DNA of 64,000 bases from an uncultured virus (IMG/VR IMGVR_UViG_3300025133_000079) (Duplodnaviria; Heunggongvirae; Uroviricota; Caudoviricetes). The stretch lies in the IMG/VR virus record IMGVR_UViG_3300025133_000079; one strand, 5' to 3'. Below are positions 36,373 to 47,752 of the stretch, piece by piece. Under the pieces are notes generated by a model. It ran no database searches. It was not told the DNA's origin and saw only the letters and a program-made list of their open reading frames with translations. A program made the translations under genes and the position numbers. Each line of letters starts with the position of its first letter. Position 1 is the stretch's first letter.

Positions 36373-38731
36373 TTTTGATGTACTAAAGGCCCACGGAACC
36401 ACCAATGAGCGGTTAAGGGAACTCTTCACGGCCAAGTTGCCGAGCAAGGTAGCCTTGGACAAGATGCCAAAGGATGAGGTCAAGGCATTGGAGAAGGATA
36501 TTGAGCGCAGGGAGAAGGCGGAAGAACTGATTGCTTCTCGGATCACGGAACACATCACCTTTAGCCTACGCAATCATCACCTTTACAGTAGCGTAGACCT
36601 GGCATGGGATAGCTCGCCCATCAACAGCAGGAACATTCCCCTCATTATGTACGCGCAGAAGAGGATCAATGTGGAATCCTGCGTCAAGGAGTTAAGCAAG
36701 CTCAAGATTACTGACAAGTATGTGAAGCGCGATGCTGCCGGGAAACCAACCGAGATTGACCTACCCAAGTTCTTTGAGGTGAATATCAATCTGGTGCGGA
36801 GCTTTGTCACTCGCCGGTTGGCAGCACAGGTAAACAAGTACAACAACCTGTACCCATTCTTTAAGTACCAACCAAGGGGGACAAGCGCAGCCGGTAAGCT
36901 AAGGGCAGATGTACTGTCTCAGAGGGTGGACATCATGGCTGACCAGTATGATTACCGCCACTTCCAGACCCAGATCATGCGGGACATGTTCCTGTATGGC
37001 CACGCTGTTGCATTCCCAAGGGCAGCATGGGAGAGGGAAGTTCAATGGGAGAAGGACGTTTCTGATGCCGAGTTCAAGATGGAGGGTGGGCAAAGAATCA
37101 GGACAACCGTTTCCAAGGAGGGCATTTGCTGGATCAACCCGCATCCGAGCCGTGTGTTCTGGGATAACGATTCACCCCTGACATCCATCAATACTGATAC
37201 CGGCGGGGAGTACATAGGATTCTGGGATATAGCCAGATACGGGGATGTGATGCAGAACCCAGAGTATTTCAACCGGGACGCAGTGGGTTACACATCTGCC
37301 ACCGCTGGCCTGTTCACCCAGTACAGTACCTACTTCAACACCTACTACACGCAGATAGTTCCGCCCAATACAGAGGATGACCTGACTAGCTGGAACGACA
37401 GGAAGAACACAGTCGGGATCTACTCAGGGGAAATGACGGATACCTCTGTGTTTATTACGGATTTCTTTTGGAAGATGGTTCCCAATCAGTGGGGCGTAGG
37501 CGACTACCCTTACCCTATTTGGGTGCATCTTCGGGTGGCTGGTGACTCGACGGTGATCTTTGCCGAGTTCCTCCCGTCTTCACCGGCTGCCGTCTTTGCC
37601 TTTAACGAGAACGACAATCGACTACGGAACATATCTGTGGCCCATGAGTTGATGCCGTTCCAAGACCAACTCTCCAACCTGTTCAGTCAATTACTTGAAA
37701 CAGCCAAGGCGGATATGTTCTCTGTAGGTGTGCTTAATACAGACATATTTCCTGACACGGAAGAGGGGATGAGCGTAAGAGATGAGTTCAGGGACACCAT
37801 GAAGGGGGAGAACTTTTACGCCTCGACCCATGTGCTGGAGACATCCTTCTCAAAGCTCGCCAACCTCGGCATAGACACATCACCTGACAACGTGTTCAAG
37901 ATAATCAGGGGGCAGCCGAACGGGAACATCAACACTATATTCCAATCAATCAATCAACTGCTGATGATGGCAGAACGCTTGATGGCTTTGAGTCCACAGG
38001 AACAGGGGCAACCCGCGCCAAGGGAAACAAGTGCCACCGAGATAATGACCATCAATAACACAACTGAATCGGTCTACAGCTTTATCTCCGAGGCAATTGA
38101 TGAGGGTCGGGCAGCCATGAAGAGGGTTATCTACGAGAGCCTGATGAGCATGGGAAGTAACATGATCCACTTGCCGGTTAAGAACAGGTACAGCCCTGCT
38201 ATCATTGAACAGGCAGGGTTCGACATTGACCCAGAAGACTTGGAGTTTATGTCACCTGACCTAGAGCGGAGGCACACCGTTATCGGCAGCAAGAAGAACC
38301 TGATACACGATTACATTTTTACTAGCCGGGATGGATCGGAACGAAGCTCGAACGTGCAGGAGGCTCAAGCCCTTATCCAGTTGTTCCAGATTATTAGCCA
38401 GACACCTGTTATTCTAGAGGCATTAGGCAAGGATAAATACTACGAATTGCTTAATGAAATAGCCCGTAAGTCAGGGGCAACTGACATCAAGCTGGAGGTA
38501 GCCCCCGGCGATGACAACCAACTGGGGGGACCGAACCAAGAAATGCAAGGGGTAGTCCAGCAAGTGATTGGTGCAGTGCAAACAAACGCCCAAGAGATAG
38601 CGGGGCTAAAAGATTTATTGGGAGGGCAACAACAGCCACAGGCAGCCAGCCCAATGGAAGCTGAAGCAGCAGCAGAACAAGCAGCAGCAGAACAAGCAGC
38701 AGCAGAACAAGCAATGCCTATGGTGCAATAA
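36365..38731 (+). CDS. Portal protein
   Basis: 788 aa after TerL; Q..L and ETSATEI motifs, Q-rich tail. Confidence 0.75.
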   Translation: MIDFDVLKAHGTTNERLRELFTAKLPSKVALDKMPKDEVKALEKDIERREKAEELIASRITEHITFSLRNHHLYSSVDLAWDSSPINSRNIPLIMYAQKRINVESCVKELSKLKITDKYVKRDAAGKPTEIDLPKFFEVNINLVRSFVTRRLAAQVNKYNNLYPFFKYQPRGTSAAGKLRADVLSQRVDIMADQYDYRHFQTQIMRDMFLYGHAVAFPRAAWEREVQWEKDVSDAEFKMEGGQRIRTTVSKEGICWINPHPSRVFWDNDSPLTSINTDTGGEYIGFWDIARYGDVMQNPEYFNRDAVGYTSATAGLFTQYSTYFNTYYTQIVPPNTEDDLTSWNDRKNTVGIYSGEMTDTSVFITDFFWKMVPNQWGVGDYPYPIWVHLRVAGDSTVIFAEFLPSSPAAVFAFNENDNRLRNISVAHELMPFQDQLSNLFSQLLETAKADMFSVGVLNTDIFPDTEEGMSVRDEFRDTMKGENFYASTHVLETSFSKLANLGIDTSPDNVFKIIRGQPNGNINTIFQSINQLLMMAERLMALSPQEQGQPAPRETSATEIMTINNTTESVYSFISEAIDEGRAAMKRVIYESLMSMGSNMIHLPVKNRYSPAIIEQAGFDIDPEDLEFMSPDLERRHTVIGSKKNLIHDYIFTSRDGSERSSNVQEAQALIQLFQIISQTPVILEALGKDKYYELLNEIARKSGATDIKLEVAPGDDNQLGGPNQEMQGVVQQVIGAVQTNAQEIAGLKDLLGGQQQPQAASPMEAEAAAEQAAAEQAAAEQAMPMVQ

Positions 38732-38735
38732 ACAC

Positions 38736-40115
38736 ATGACCGATGAAGCAGTAGCGGAACAAGTAGAGGAGCAAGAGCCACAAACACAAGTAGAAGAAAC
38801 CCAAGAGGCAGTAGAGGCAGAAGAGCCAGAGTCTTTTATGGATTCCCTCTTCCTAGACCTTGGTGTGGTTCAGGAAACAGAAACCCCAGAAGAGAAAGAG
38901 CAAGATGAAGAAGAGCAAGAGTCAGAGAAAGAGTCAGAGCAAGAAACCCAAGAAGAAGAAGGGAGCGTGGCAAACGAGGCCGAAGGTCGGGGCGAGGGGG
39001 GAGAATCACAAGAAGTTCAGGTAGCAGAGGAGAAGCCCAAGAAGCGTGTCAGTTACAAGCCTAAAGTAGACTATGAAGAGATCAGGCGGACAGTACGAGA
39101 GGAAGTATCCAGACACCAACCACCACCGCCGCCGCCACAAACACCGCAACCACCAGCTCAAGCACCAGAGGAGGACACATCTAACCTCGTTCCTGAACAG
39201 CATGAAGAACTGGAACTGGCGCGGTTTGCTGAAAGGAAATACCCTGATAAGTACAAAGGGCAAGCCAAGAAGCTGCTAGATTTCTACGGGAAACTGGACA
39301 AGTACGCATCCGAGAGTGAAGGCAGCCTTGATGATGATGACACCGAGTTCCGAGAGTTTGTATCCAAGAACAAGCCCAATCTAACCGGCCACAAGAAGCT
39401 CGAACGGGAAATGATTGCCGACTTGGCGGCCCAACAGGTGTCCACTGAAAAGGATTCCGAGATCAGCGCCCTCAAGGAGAAGATGCGTGTGCTGGAGACA
39501 AAGCCCACCGTCGAGAAGAAGTTCTCCAAGTTTACAGATACCCTAAAGAAAGCAGGGGAAACGGAGGACGAGTTTGCTCAATCCATATACAAGCAGCAAC
39601 TAGATCAAGCCGAGGGGATAGGGAAGGAATACCTTGACCTGTACTACGGGATGAAGACATGGGACGGCAGCGACCCAACCCAGAAGTGGATCGTGGATTT
39701 CGTTACGCATCAGTCCAATGTGTTCTCCGAAAGAGGCGGGGACAATCTAACGAGGAACAACAAATCCTTTATGACTCCTGCCACCTATGCAACGCAGGGC
39801 AATCCAAGTGAAAACTGGACGTTCGGCCCCGATGAAGTGCTGCAAATGTTCAACAACTTCTTCAGTAATAGCGCAAAAAAACAGGTGGACTCAGAGTATG
39901 AGAGGCTTGAGAAGATGGGATTCACTAAAGGTAAGGCGAAGAAATCCTTAAAGGCAGGGAAAATGAATGAGGATGCCAAGCCTATTAACACACCTAAAGC
40001 GAAGACGGCCAAGTCACCTGGGGCTGCGGAATCAGGGGCCGCAGAGGATGTATCATTCGGTGAAGACTTGGTAAAAACTTTGGGCATGGACTTCTCCCCG
40101 GTATCCGCAGAGTGA
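38736..40115 (+). CDS. Putative scaffolding protein
   Basis: Acidic low-complexity N-terminus; between portal and capsid. Confidence 0.6.
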   Translation: MTDEAVAEQVEEQEPQTQVEETQEAVEAEEPESFMDSLFLDLGVVQETETPEEKEQDEEEQESEKESEQETQEEEGSVANEAEGRGEGGESQEVQVAEEKPKKRVSYKPKVDYEEIRRTVREEVSRHQPPPPPPQTPQPPAQAPEEDTSNLVPEQHEELELARFAERKYPDKYKGQAKKLLDFYGKLDKYASESEGSLDDDDTEFREFVSKNKPNLTGHKKLEREMIADLAAQQVSTEKDSEISALKEKMRVLETKPTVEKKFSKFTDTLKKAGETEDEFAQSIYKQQLDQAEGIGKEYLDLYYGMKTWDGSDPTQKWIVDFVTHQSNVFSERGGDNLTRNNKSFMTPATYATQGNPSENWTFGPDEVLQMFNNFFSNSAKKQVDSEYERLEKMGFTKGKAKKSLKAGKMNEDAKPINTPKAKTAKSPGAAESGAAEDVSFGEDLVKTLGMDFSPVSAE

Positions 40116-40245
40116 TGGAATCTAAAATTCTCCTGCAAAAAATAATATTCTTCTAGGTTTTTTCTAGAACTTTAGCGTTTAGCCATAAGCAAGGCGTATT
40201 CTCGTTGTTACCCTAAATGTGGGTAGATAACAGAGGATATATATT

Positions 40246-42195
40246 ATGGCTAATTCAACGCTTACACCTGTAGCGGGTGCAATAACTAACAACTGTACTC
40301 CTCGGCATATTCTTGTCGATGAATCCACAGGCTGCTCGCTGACAAGGGCCAACATAACGGCCTTCAAACGCAGCGACTTTGAGGCTCAAGCAGCCAAGGA
40401 AGTCGGGATGGACAGGATCATCGCACAAACTGCCGAGGCTCGCCTTGCCGGTATGCACGAAAAATCCCTGTATGACCTATTACTTTCAAAGCACGTTGCC
40501 TTGGGCGAGAAATCTGGTGGTGGTTCGCAGTCTGTGATTGCACCGTTCACTCTGGTTCCACGCAGGAACACGCTGAACTTTAACTACTTCCAGATTGAAG
40601 GTCGTTCGGTTGCCGGTGTTACGGATAACGCCAACGCAGTCCCAACTGGAAACTTCAGCGCCATGACCCTCACGATAGGGCCAGCAACGAACAACACCAC
40701 ATACGGATGGATTCCTTCATCTGCTTTTGTGATGACCGTCAACGCTGGAACGGATGCGGCTCCCGGTGGAGGAACTCACGCCCTTGAGAAGACTAACTTC
40801 AACAAGAGTCAGGTTCAAAACCTTGAGAAGTATTTCAACCCTGGTTCATACATCAATGTGATGGTTAGCGGAAGGTCGCTTGGAACTAACGCCACCCTTG
40901 CGGACAAGGCCACATCTTACATTCAGTATAAGGTTTACGCTGCTGAAAACGCAGATGCTGGTGGGGTTTCCAAGGCGCGGCTAGTTGTTGCTCCAAGTGA
41001 TTATGCTTCTAGCAGCGCAACCGATTCTCTTGACATCAAGTGGCACGGTCAAACTAGTCCCGCTATCACAGAGTTAACTGATGCCGAGAAGGCTGACCTT
41101 GGTTACGAGGTTGCTCTTGGTACTGGCATGATTATGGGCAACTCGGTGAGCGACTACGAGAAGTGGTGTCACCAAGGGCCAGCCGTCAACGATCTTACGT
41201 TGATAGAATATTGGCAACAAACTCAACGGTGGACACACCAGTACAATGAGGAGTACCTGAAAGCCCTGCAAGCTCCGTTGACTTCGGAGTATTTCAAGAA
41301 GTTCCGCCAGTTGCCACTCGCCCAACAGCGCAAGCAACAGGAGGCTTACCAGCAGAATGCCTTTATGAACTCTGTGTTCTACGGGCAGAGGATGAACGGC
41401 AACCAGACGGTTGAGACTTACACAAGTCTGCCTACGGTTGTTGATCCTAATACTGGCCAAGGAATGAACCCATCCGGCGGACATCCGTTTGATGGTTGCA
41501 GTTCTGTTCCGACGATTGAGTACAAGTCCAACACGCTTGGTATTCGTACCCAGTTGAACGATTGCTCACGCACCTGGGATAACGCTGGCGCTGCATTGAA
41601 CTTGGATATCTTGTTCGAGTCTATCTATATGCTGAAGCGCGAACGCGAGAACTCTGGTGGCACGGTGGATACCATCGACGCCATGACGGATCGGTTTACC
41701 GCTGCCAAGATTCGGGACTTGATGACCAAATACTACAAGGCCAAGTACTCCGCTGACCTGACGCTGTTCATGCAGCCCAAGCAGCAGATTACGTTCGAGG
41801 GTAAGGTGGTTCTTGAGTACAACAAGTACGACTTGCCAGATCAAGGGTGCAGCTTGGCTGTCTTCACGGATACGTTCTTTGACGACAAGCTGGGGGCTAC
41901 CCTGTCAGCCACGGACGGAACCACGACCAACAAGAACATCGGCCGCCAACTCTGGTTGATAGATTGGTCAGACATTCAGATCAACGTCCTCAAGACTGCG
42001 AGCGTGAAGCGTCAGACCAACACCGCTGATGACCTCTACAACTGTGTCATTCAGCCCAATGTCTCCCACTATCAGTTGAATAGTAAGACATACGAGGTGC
42101 GTGTGGGTAACACCAACCGTCACGCTTTGGTAGAAAACTTCAGCGATGCCTCGCCTAGTGTGAGTGTTGCCGGGGCTGACGTAACTATCACCTAA
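40246..42195 (+). CDS. Putative major capsid protein (649 aa)
   Basis: Gene position, own upstream motif (40206) and downstream hairpin; no family motif recognised. Confidence 0.65.
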   Translation: MANSTLTPVAGAITNNCTPRHILVDESTGCSLTRANITAFKRSDFEAQAAKEVGMDRIIAQTAEARLAGMHEKSLYDLLLSKHVALGEKSGGGSQSVIAPFTLVPRRNTLNFNYFQIEGRSVAGVTDNANAVPTGNFSAMTLTIGPATNNTTYGWIPSSAFVMTVNAGTDAAPGGGTHALEKTNFNKSQVQNLEKYFNPGSYINVMVSGRSLGTNATLADKATSYIQYKVYAAENADAGGVSKARLVVAPSDYASSSATDSLDIKWHGQTSPAITELTDAEKADLGYEVALGTGMIMGNSVSDYEKWCHQGPAVNDLTLIEYWQQTQRWTHQYNEEYLKALQAPLTSEYFKKFRQLPLAQQRKQQEAYQQNAFMNSVFYGQRMNGNQTVETYTSLPTVVDPNTGQGMNPSGGHPFDGCSSVPTIEYKSNTLGIRTQLNDCSRTWDNAGAALNLDILFESIYMLKRERENSGGTVDTIDAMTDRFTAAKIRDLMTKYYKAKYSADLTLFMQPKQQITFEGKVVLEYNKYDLPDQGCSLAVFTDTFFDDKLGATLSATDGTTTNKNIGRQLWLIDWSDIQINVLKTASVKRQTNTADDLYNCVIQPNVSHYQLNSKTYEVRVGNTNRHALVENFSDASPSVSVAGADVTIT

Positions 42196-42211
42196 GAAAA
42201 GGATTAACATT

Positions 42212-42239
42212 GGGTGGGGGTCTTAACCGGCCCCTGCCC
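42212..42239 (+). terminator. Hairpin after the capsid gene
   Basis: GGGTGGGGG / CCCCTGCCC with a weak U tail. Confidence 0.5.
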
Positions 42240-42256
42240 TTAACTTTAATAAGATC

Positions 42257-42610
42257 ATGGCTAAACATAGTACATTACAAGAAGTCAAAGAGGGGGCATT
42301 GCTCTCAAAGGGATCGACCTTAACGATTGCTTCCGGGGCCATTACGGTAACGGACTCATTTCATTTAGTTGGAACAGAAGACGGAGCCAGCACAGACGAT
42401 CTCACCACAATCAACGGAGGAGCCACCGCTGGTCAGGTTGTCGTTCTGATGGCATCTGATGACGGCGATACGGTTGTTGTTAAGGATGGCGCATCACTAG
42501 CAGTTGGAGCCGACACGAATTTGGCTGACGATACTGACACCATAACCCTCATGTACACAGGTTCCAAGTGGGTAGGTTTGGCATCTAGAGTAGCAACGAC
42601 ACCGAGTTAA
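42257..42610 (+). CDS. Putative head decoration or fibre protein
   Basis: T/A/G/D-rich beta-type sequence after the capsid gene. Confidence 0.5.
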   Translation: MAKHSTLQEVKEGALLSKGSTLTIASGAITVTDSFHLVGTEDGASTDDLTTINGGATAGQVVVLMASDDGDTVVVKDGASLAVGADTNLADDTDTITLMYTGSKWVGLASRVATTPS

Positions 42611-42644
42611 TTTTTGCTCCATACCTGTTCTGTCTCTGCTACTG

Positions 42645-42676
42645 GGGTCGGGGTGTAAAAGCCTCGGCCCTTTTTT
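42645..42676 (+). terminator. Intrinsic terminator
   Basis: GGGTCGGGGT / GCCTCGGCCC followed by TTTTTT. Confidence 0.8.
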
Positions 42677-42714
42677 CCTTGAAATAATGTTACCCTATAA
42701 CTAGGTTCTTAACT

Positions 42715-43279
42715 ATGGCTGTTAAATATTACGCCGGGTCACCGATGAGCGGGAAGCAAATGGACGGATTCACCTTTGTCTTTGAGGCCATTGAGGTCAC
42801 AGGCGGAAGCTGGAGGGGGGTCTACAAGACTGAATCAGATGGTGAGATTGTTGCCCTATCCAAGTTGGCTGATGCCGGTCAAGTTAAGGAAATTTCAGAG
42901 GGAACCTACAATAACTTCCTGAAAAAAAAAGCGGTGAGGCAAGCTATCTCTCCAAACTTGAACGTCGCGTCGGAACAACAAGCTGTGGGTCGTGCGGACC
43001 CTCCAACTCCCAAGGAGTCAGTCGATGATGTTATCGAAGTCCAACAGGTTGAACCCCCTAAGCGCAAACTGCGACCATCAAGGAAAATTTGAAACACAAA
43101 GGGAGAGGGATGCCATTAGTGAATACTGGAGGAATCATGGACTAGATATACTCAAGGAAAGAAACCCAACATACAGCGAGTGCAAGGCGGCAGCCATTGG
43201 GAACCAGACGGCAAACCCTGAACTAGCAGCAGACTTAATGGTTAAGGCAAAGAAGTATAAGAAACCCAAAAGCAAATGA
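42715..43279 (+). other. Two hypothetical late genes (42715-43092, ~43025-43279)
   Basis: Overlapping ORFs after the motif at 42688. Confidence 0.55.
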
Positions 43280-44094
43280 CTTGGCTACAATTCAAGACGG
43301 CAGTTAAAGAACTACTCACGGTGGACGGTGTTCGCGTGGGCGTGGCAACTTCTCCCACATCAGGGGGGACTAGCTATCTGGACAGGATGACGCAACTTGC
43401 AGTCGTGGAGGTTCTGTCCCATGTCGATTACTATGTAACCAGAAACACCGCTAAGTACACCACCTTGTCGGGACCGCCTAGCGGCTTCTTAGCACTTGGA
43501 ACTGACGGGAACGCAAGCACAGGCTTTCTGCCGGGAGGGGCAAGCGCATTAGTAGACCGAAGGATAGAAGAGGCATATCGCCTGAACTATGAAACAACTA
43601 CCGCAGTAACCGCTTCCCCTTCGGCTACGGCGGCAACCCACTGTAACCGTACCCCTGTAGAGAACTACCCCTGGGCCAACCGCAACGACATGATCTGCGC
43701 CCATCCCCTTATCCGTGCCGGGGCTACCCTGATTGCCATTGGGCCGGGGTTAAGTGGAGGAACGGGCCGAGCTTGTGATTTCTATTTGTACCCCAGCTTT
43801 GATGACAAGGAAGTGCTTGAGGTCGCTTACACCACATCTGATGCCTCACACTCAAACGGAGACACGGTTCCTTACGACCTTCCCATGGCCGAGGCGGTGT
43901 CAGAATACTGCAAGGCAAAGATCACCCGCGAGGTAGACAAGGATTTAAAACTTCACGACTCCTATTATTCCAGTTTCCGAAAGAAGAGGCAGGAGTTGTA
44001 CATCAACAGCTTTGGGCGAGAGCGACTCAAGGATAATGTATCTGGAGGATCAACCAGGGCCGCTTGCTCTGATACGACAACCTCCTCCTGCTGA
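43276..44094 (+). CDS. Putative head-tail adaptor
   Basis: MTWLQFKTAVKELL start, YLYP motif, position. Confidence 0.55.
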   Translation: MTWLQFKTAVKELLTVDGVRVGVATSPTSGGTSYLDRMTQLAVVEVLSHVDYYVTRNTAKYTTLSGPPSGFLALGTDGNASTGFLPGGASALVDRRIEEAYRLNYETTTAVTASPSATAATHCNRTPVENYPWANRNDMICAHPLIRAGATLIAIGPGLSGGTGRACDFYLYPSFDDKEVLEVAYTTSDASHSNGDTVPYDLPMAEAVSEYCKAKITREVDKDLKLHDSYYSSFRKKRQELYINSFGRERLKDNVSGGSTRAACSDTTTSSC

Positions 44095-46316
44095 TGGCTG
44101 CCAAGTCAAAGAGCTTGTTCAAGAGCGTAAACTACAAGCCCAAGGATGGGGGGCAGCTATTCACGGCTTTGTCTGGGGAGCTTGCTGGCGTTACCAACTA
44201 TGTGGAGAAGCAGGATTGGCGGCGTGACCTTGATGTGGAGGTGAGAAGGGAGGGGCATGAATACTTTAATCCCGGCAGCTCAAGCAGCGCAGGGGAAGCC
44301 TTTCCCGGTGATACATCAGCCATCAATCTAGTCCACATGACTCGGCGGCCCAACGGTGACTCAGCCTTGATAGTCGGAACCGAATCCGCCTTGTACCGCT
44401 ACACGAAACTGGATGACGCTACCTATGTGGAGTCCACCTACCTGTCTGCTTCAGATTACTTTGTAAACACCAACCCGAACTGGATTAAGATAGGTAGCGG
44501 GTTTACCAACAAAGCTAACGGGGCCAAGAGGTGGCAAGCGGTAAACTTAAACGGCTACACCGTATTCAACAACGGCTACGATTTACCTGTGGTGTACCGG
44601 GGTGAGGATCATTTAGCAGTTCCGATCTACGAACTAAGGGAAGCCGGGATTTCCACGGTGGGCTGCATAGCCAGCTACAACGGAATCCTAATGCTTGGAG
44701 ACATCACGGAAATATCCGACATGGAACACTGGAAGAAGATAACCCTTCCCTCCGTTGTCACAAGCACCGCAATCGCTTTGCTTATAGGCTCATCAACAGA
44801 CTACACAAGTAACGGGATTGCGGTTACTGCATTGCCTATGGACTTAAAAAGCGGTGACGTTATTACGTTTGAGGGCGGTGGAATTTTCACTCTCTCGGCA
44901 AACGCCAACATGACTGCAACCACTATTCATGGGACACTAACTGAAGCTACCATTCAAGTGGATGAAGAAGGGATGACACCAGAGAGGGGTACTTACGGAA
45001 AGGTCTTAACCTCTACCGCCCGAAATCACGCCAGACTCATCTGGAGCCAGATCAACAATCCCAAAAAGTTTGCAGCATCCAACACGGGAAGCATCACCGC
45101 TGAAAGCACACTTCTGACCCTTGATTACGAAGCCAAGTCATACAACAAGGGGGATCAGATAACCGTTATCGGGGCCGGGACAAGCGGGGGCAACTTTACT
45201 GCGAGGATAGCGTGGATAAGCGGGGCAAAGCTGTATCTCCATGAACCCGCAATAACTACTGTTGCTTCAGCCCTTGTGTCGCAAACCGCCGAGGCAAGCA
45301 GCATCATAGGGTATGAGGACATAGAGGATGACGGGTCAGGCATTGTTAACATGGCCCCGCTCCAGAACTCGCTCGCTATCTACAAGGATACATCAATCTT
45401 TATTGCAGAGTACACGGGTAGCGTAACTGCTCCGTTCAAGTTCAGGCTCATCAAGGTTCCCGACTCCAAGACACTTTACTACAAGAACACTCTTATTAGC
45501 GTTAAGGAGTCTATTCACATCTACGCAGGGAGAGATAACTTCTACGCTTTTGACCTGTCCACCCGTGGGCCAAAGGAACTGATACCTGGCCAAGCCGTTA
45601 AGGATTTATTTTATGATGTGGCAGATATAACCAAGACAGACGATGTGTTTGCTGCTGACAATGTTCTAACCAATGAAGTTTGGATCGGGCTTCCAGCTTC
45701 AAGTGTAGCCCATAAGTCGATCTGTCTGGACTACATAAACAACACCATTTCAACAACTGCCGTGGAGATAGGAGCTGCTGCATCCATCAAGAAGCCGCCA
45801 AGCGACAAACAGAACTGGTTTATTATGGGAACCAAGAACGGGGTGGTGCTGCGATATGGGTTAACCAATGAAACCCAAAGTACTTGGAGCAATAAGAAAT
45901 CCATCTACTACAGGACGGATGCCAACCCGTACAGCGCAACACAAAACACATACAACAGCACAATCAAGAGTGGGCTGGCTAACTTTGGGGATGCCTACAA
46001 CGAGAAGGACTTGAAGGGGTATGTGATTCAGTTGGCAAGCCAGCAGGACAACAACGCCACCCTCAACCTCAAGATTCATGGGTACGAGAACCCTTACGAT
46101 GACGCAACCAACCTGTATGACCCCAGCGTGAGTGACACCTATTACCAAATCACCAACCCAAAGGGGCAGAATTTAGTACCTGTTTTTTTCAGGCAACATC
46201 TTTATCAGGACGAGATAATGGTTAACGGAACCACCAATGTTAGGCTGGCTGGAAGAATATTCGATGTCAGCAAGGTCAAGAGTTCCAGCGAAGTTAGAAC
46301 ACCGGCAATAGCATAA
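44094..46316 (+). CDS. Putative tail nozzle or DNA-stabilisation protein
   Basis: 740 aa, beta-propeller-like; IWSQINNPKKF; follows the adaptor. Confidence 0.6.
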   Translation: MAAKSKSLFKSVNYKPKDGGQLFTALSGELAGVTNYVEKQDWRRDLDVEVRREGHEYFNPGSSSSAGEAFPGDTSAINLVHMTRRPNGDSALIVGTESALYRYTKLDDATYVESTYLSASDYFVNTNPNWIKIGSGFTNKANGAKRWQAVNLNGYTVFNNGYDLPVVYRGEDHLAVPIYELREAGISTVGCIASYNGILMLGDITEISDMEHWKKITLPSVVTSTAIALLIGSSTDYTSNGIAVTALPMDLKSGDVITFEGGGIFTLSANANMTATTIHGTLTEATIQVDEEGMTPERGTYGKVLTSTARNHARLIWSQINNPKKFAASNTGSITAESTLLTLDYEAKSYNKGDQITVIGAGTSGGNFTARIAWISGAKLYLHEPAITTVASALVSQTAEASSIIGYEDIEDDGSGIVNMAPLQNSLAIYKDTSIFIAEYTGSVTAPFKFRLIKVPDSKTLYYKNTLISVKESIHIYAGRDNFYAFDLSTRGPKELIPGQAVKDLFYDVADITKTDDVFAADNVLTNEVWIGLPASSVAHKSICLDYINNTISTTAVEIGAAASIKKPPSDKQNWFIMGTKNGVVLRYGLTNETQSTWSNKKSIYYRTDANPYSATQNTYNSTIKSGLANFGDAYNEKDLKGYVIQLASQQDNNATLNLKIHGYENPYDDATNLYDPSVSDTYYQITNPKGQNLVPVFFRQHLYQDEIMVNGTTNVRLAGRIFDVSKVKSSSEVRTPAIA

Positions 46317-47752
46317 TGGCACAAACAGTAAAAGTCGTTACTCGCGCAACTGCGCCCACCACCACGCCCACCAACCCTGAGTATGGGGCAAGCGACACAT
46401 CAAGCAACAAGGGTTCCGCGCTGACATCGTCCGAGATGGACATGAACCTTCTCAATTTAAAGGATGCAGTAGAAGGCAACTCCACACGCATGGATGAATC
46501 CCACAACGAGGATGGCAGCCTCAAGGCGTTAAGCGTGGACGGGGGCGACTTGTCTGCAAACAGCGTGGACTATAGCAAGATCAAGTCTATCCATTACGCA
46601 GCAGACAACGGGGTAGTCAACGCCTTAGCCTTCACAATTTCTGGGTTGGCTGCACTTGAGGACGGGATGCTGTTTCTGGTCAAGGTAGCAGTTGCCAACA
46701 CGGCGGCAGTCACGCTGGAAGTAACCGGCGCATCTGGTTCGCTGGGGGCCAAGAGCATCTATAAGAACAAGAACACAGCACTAATCTCTGGAGACTTAAA
46801 GGCAGGAGAGATGGTGGGCGTATTGTACGATTTAAGTAACACGGCATTTCAATTGCTAGGCGGTGGAGTTGAGGATGCCGTTGCCCTCTCAGCGTTAGCG
46901 TCCCAGACGACAGGCAACCTTATCTCCTTTGCTTCTGGAGGTGGCGCACCTGTACTTGTTGCAGCAGGATCAGTTGGAGAGGTGCTTACCGCAAACTCAA
47001 GTGGGCCTCCATCTTTCCAAGCGTCAGGCATGGTTCCCTTGATAGAGCTAACATCACCAACGGTTGACACCATAACAGGTGATGGCGCTCAAACAGGTGA
47101 TTCTAATGGGCAAATATGGGTTCCCCCAAGCGGTGTGACAAAAGTTCGATTGTGCCTTCAGGGCGCAGGAGGCAGTGGGTATTCAGCTAACGGTAGCGCA
47201 GGGGGTGGAGGTGGAGGTGGAGAATACACTGAGTCAGAGTTGGCCGTGGCTTCAAGTGAGGTGTACCAGATTTACGTTGGGGCTGGTGGGCCGGGGCCAA
47301 CGGGTACTGATGACCACGCTTCGCCCACAGCAGGGGAATCTACTACATTTAAACTGGTTACTGGATACGGAAGCAGCGCTGGAGAATTGACCTTAACAGC
47401 CAAGGCCAGCGCAGTCGGAGGTACTGCTGGATTGGCTTCGACGGGTGGAGGAACAGCTTCAGGCGGAACACAAAACCTTAAAACTGTTTCAGGGTCTGCC
47501 GGTGGCGCGGAGGGCGTTCCGTATCCAGACGCAACAGCACAGGCCAGCGCGGGTAACTATGGTGGACACGGCGGGGTAAGCTACAAAGGAACGCCGGGGT
47601 TCGCGGCAATAAGCAACAGATCGGATGAAGGCAAGCAAGCGAGCGGCCTCGGATATGGGTATGGAGGTTGCGGGGGGAATGGTTCCGAAGGAGATAAGAC
47701 AAACGCCGAAGGTGGCGGGGGTGGCTGGGTGGCTATCTACGATATATCGTGA
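46316..47752 (+). CDS. Tail fibre-like protein with glycine-rich domain
   Basis: KGSALT..EMD.N, W.PP.GVT.V...GAGG, GGGGGEY. Confidence 0.7.
   Translation: MAQTVKVVTRATAPTTTPTNPEYGASDTSSNKGSALTSSEMDMNLLNLKDAVEGNSTRMDESHNEDGSLKALSVDGGDLSANSVDYSKIKSIHYAADNGVVNALAFTISGLAALEDGMLFLVKVAVANTAAVTLEVTGASGSLGAKSIYKNKNTALISGDLKAGEMVGVLYDLSNTAFQLLGGGVEDAVALSALASQTTGNLISFASGGGAPVLVAAGSVGEVLTANSSGPPSFQASGMVPLIELTSPTVDTITGDGAQTGDSNGQIWVPPSGVTKVRLCLQGAGGSGYSANGSAGGGGGGGEYTESELAVASSEVYQIYVGAGGPGPTGTDDHASPTAGESTTFKLVTGYGSSAGELTLTAKASAVGGTAGLASTGGGTASGGTQNLKTVSGSAGGAEGVPYPDATAQASAGNYGGHGGVSYKGTPGFAAISNRSDEGKQASGLGYGYGGCGGNGSEGDKTNAEGGGGGWVAIYDIS

Noticed and set aside
40151..40169. TTCTAG-N7-CTAGAA as a recombinase site
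   Set aside because: The arms are only 6 bp and no second copy was found.
42922..42930. A9 run as a tail-chaperone-type frameshift
   Set aside because: The alternative frames stop quickly and do not join the next gene.
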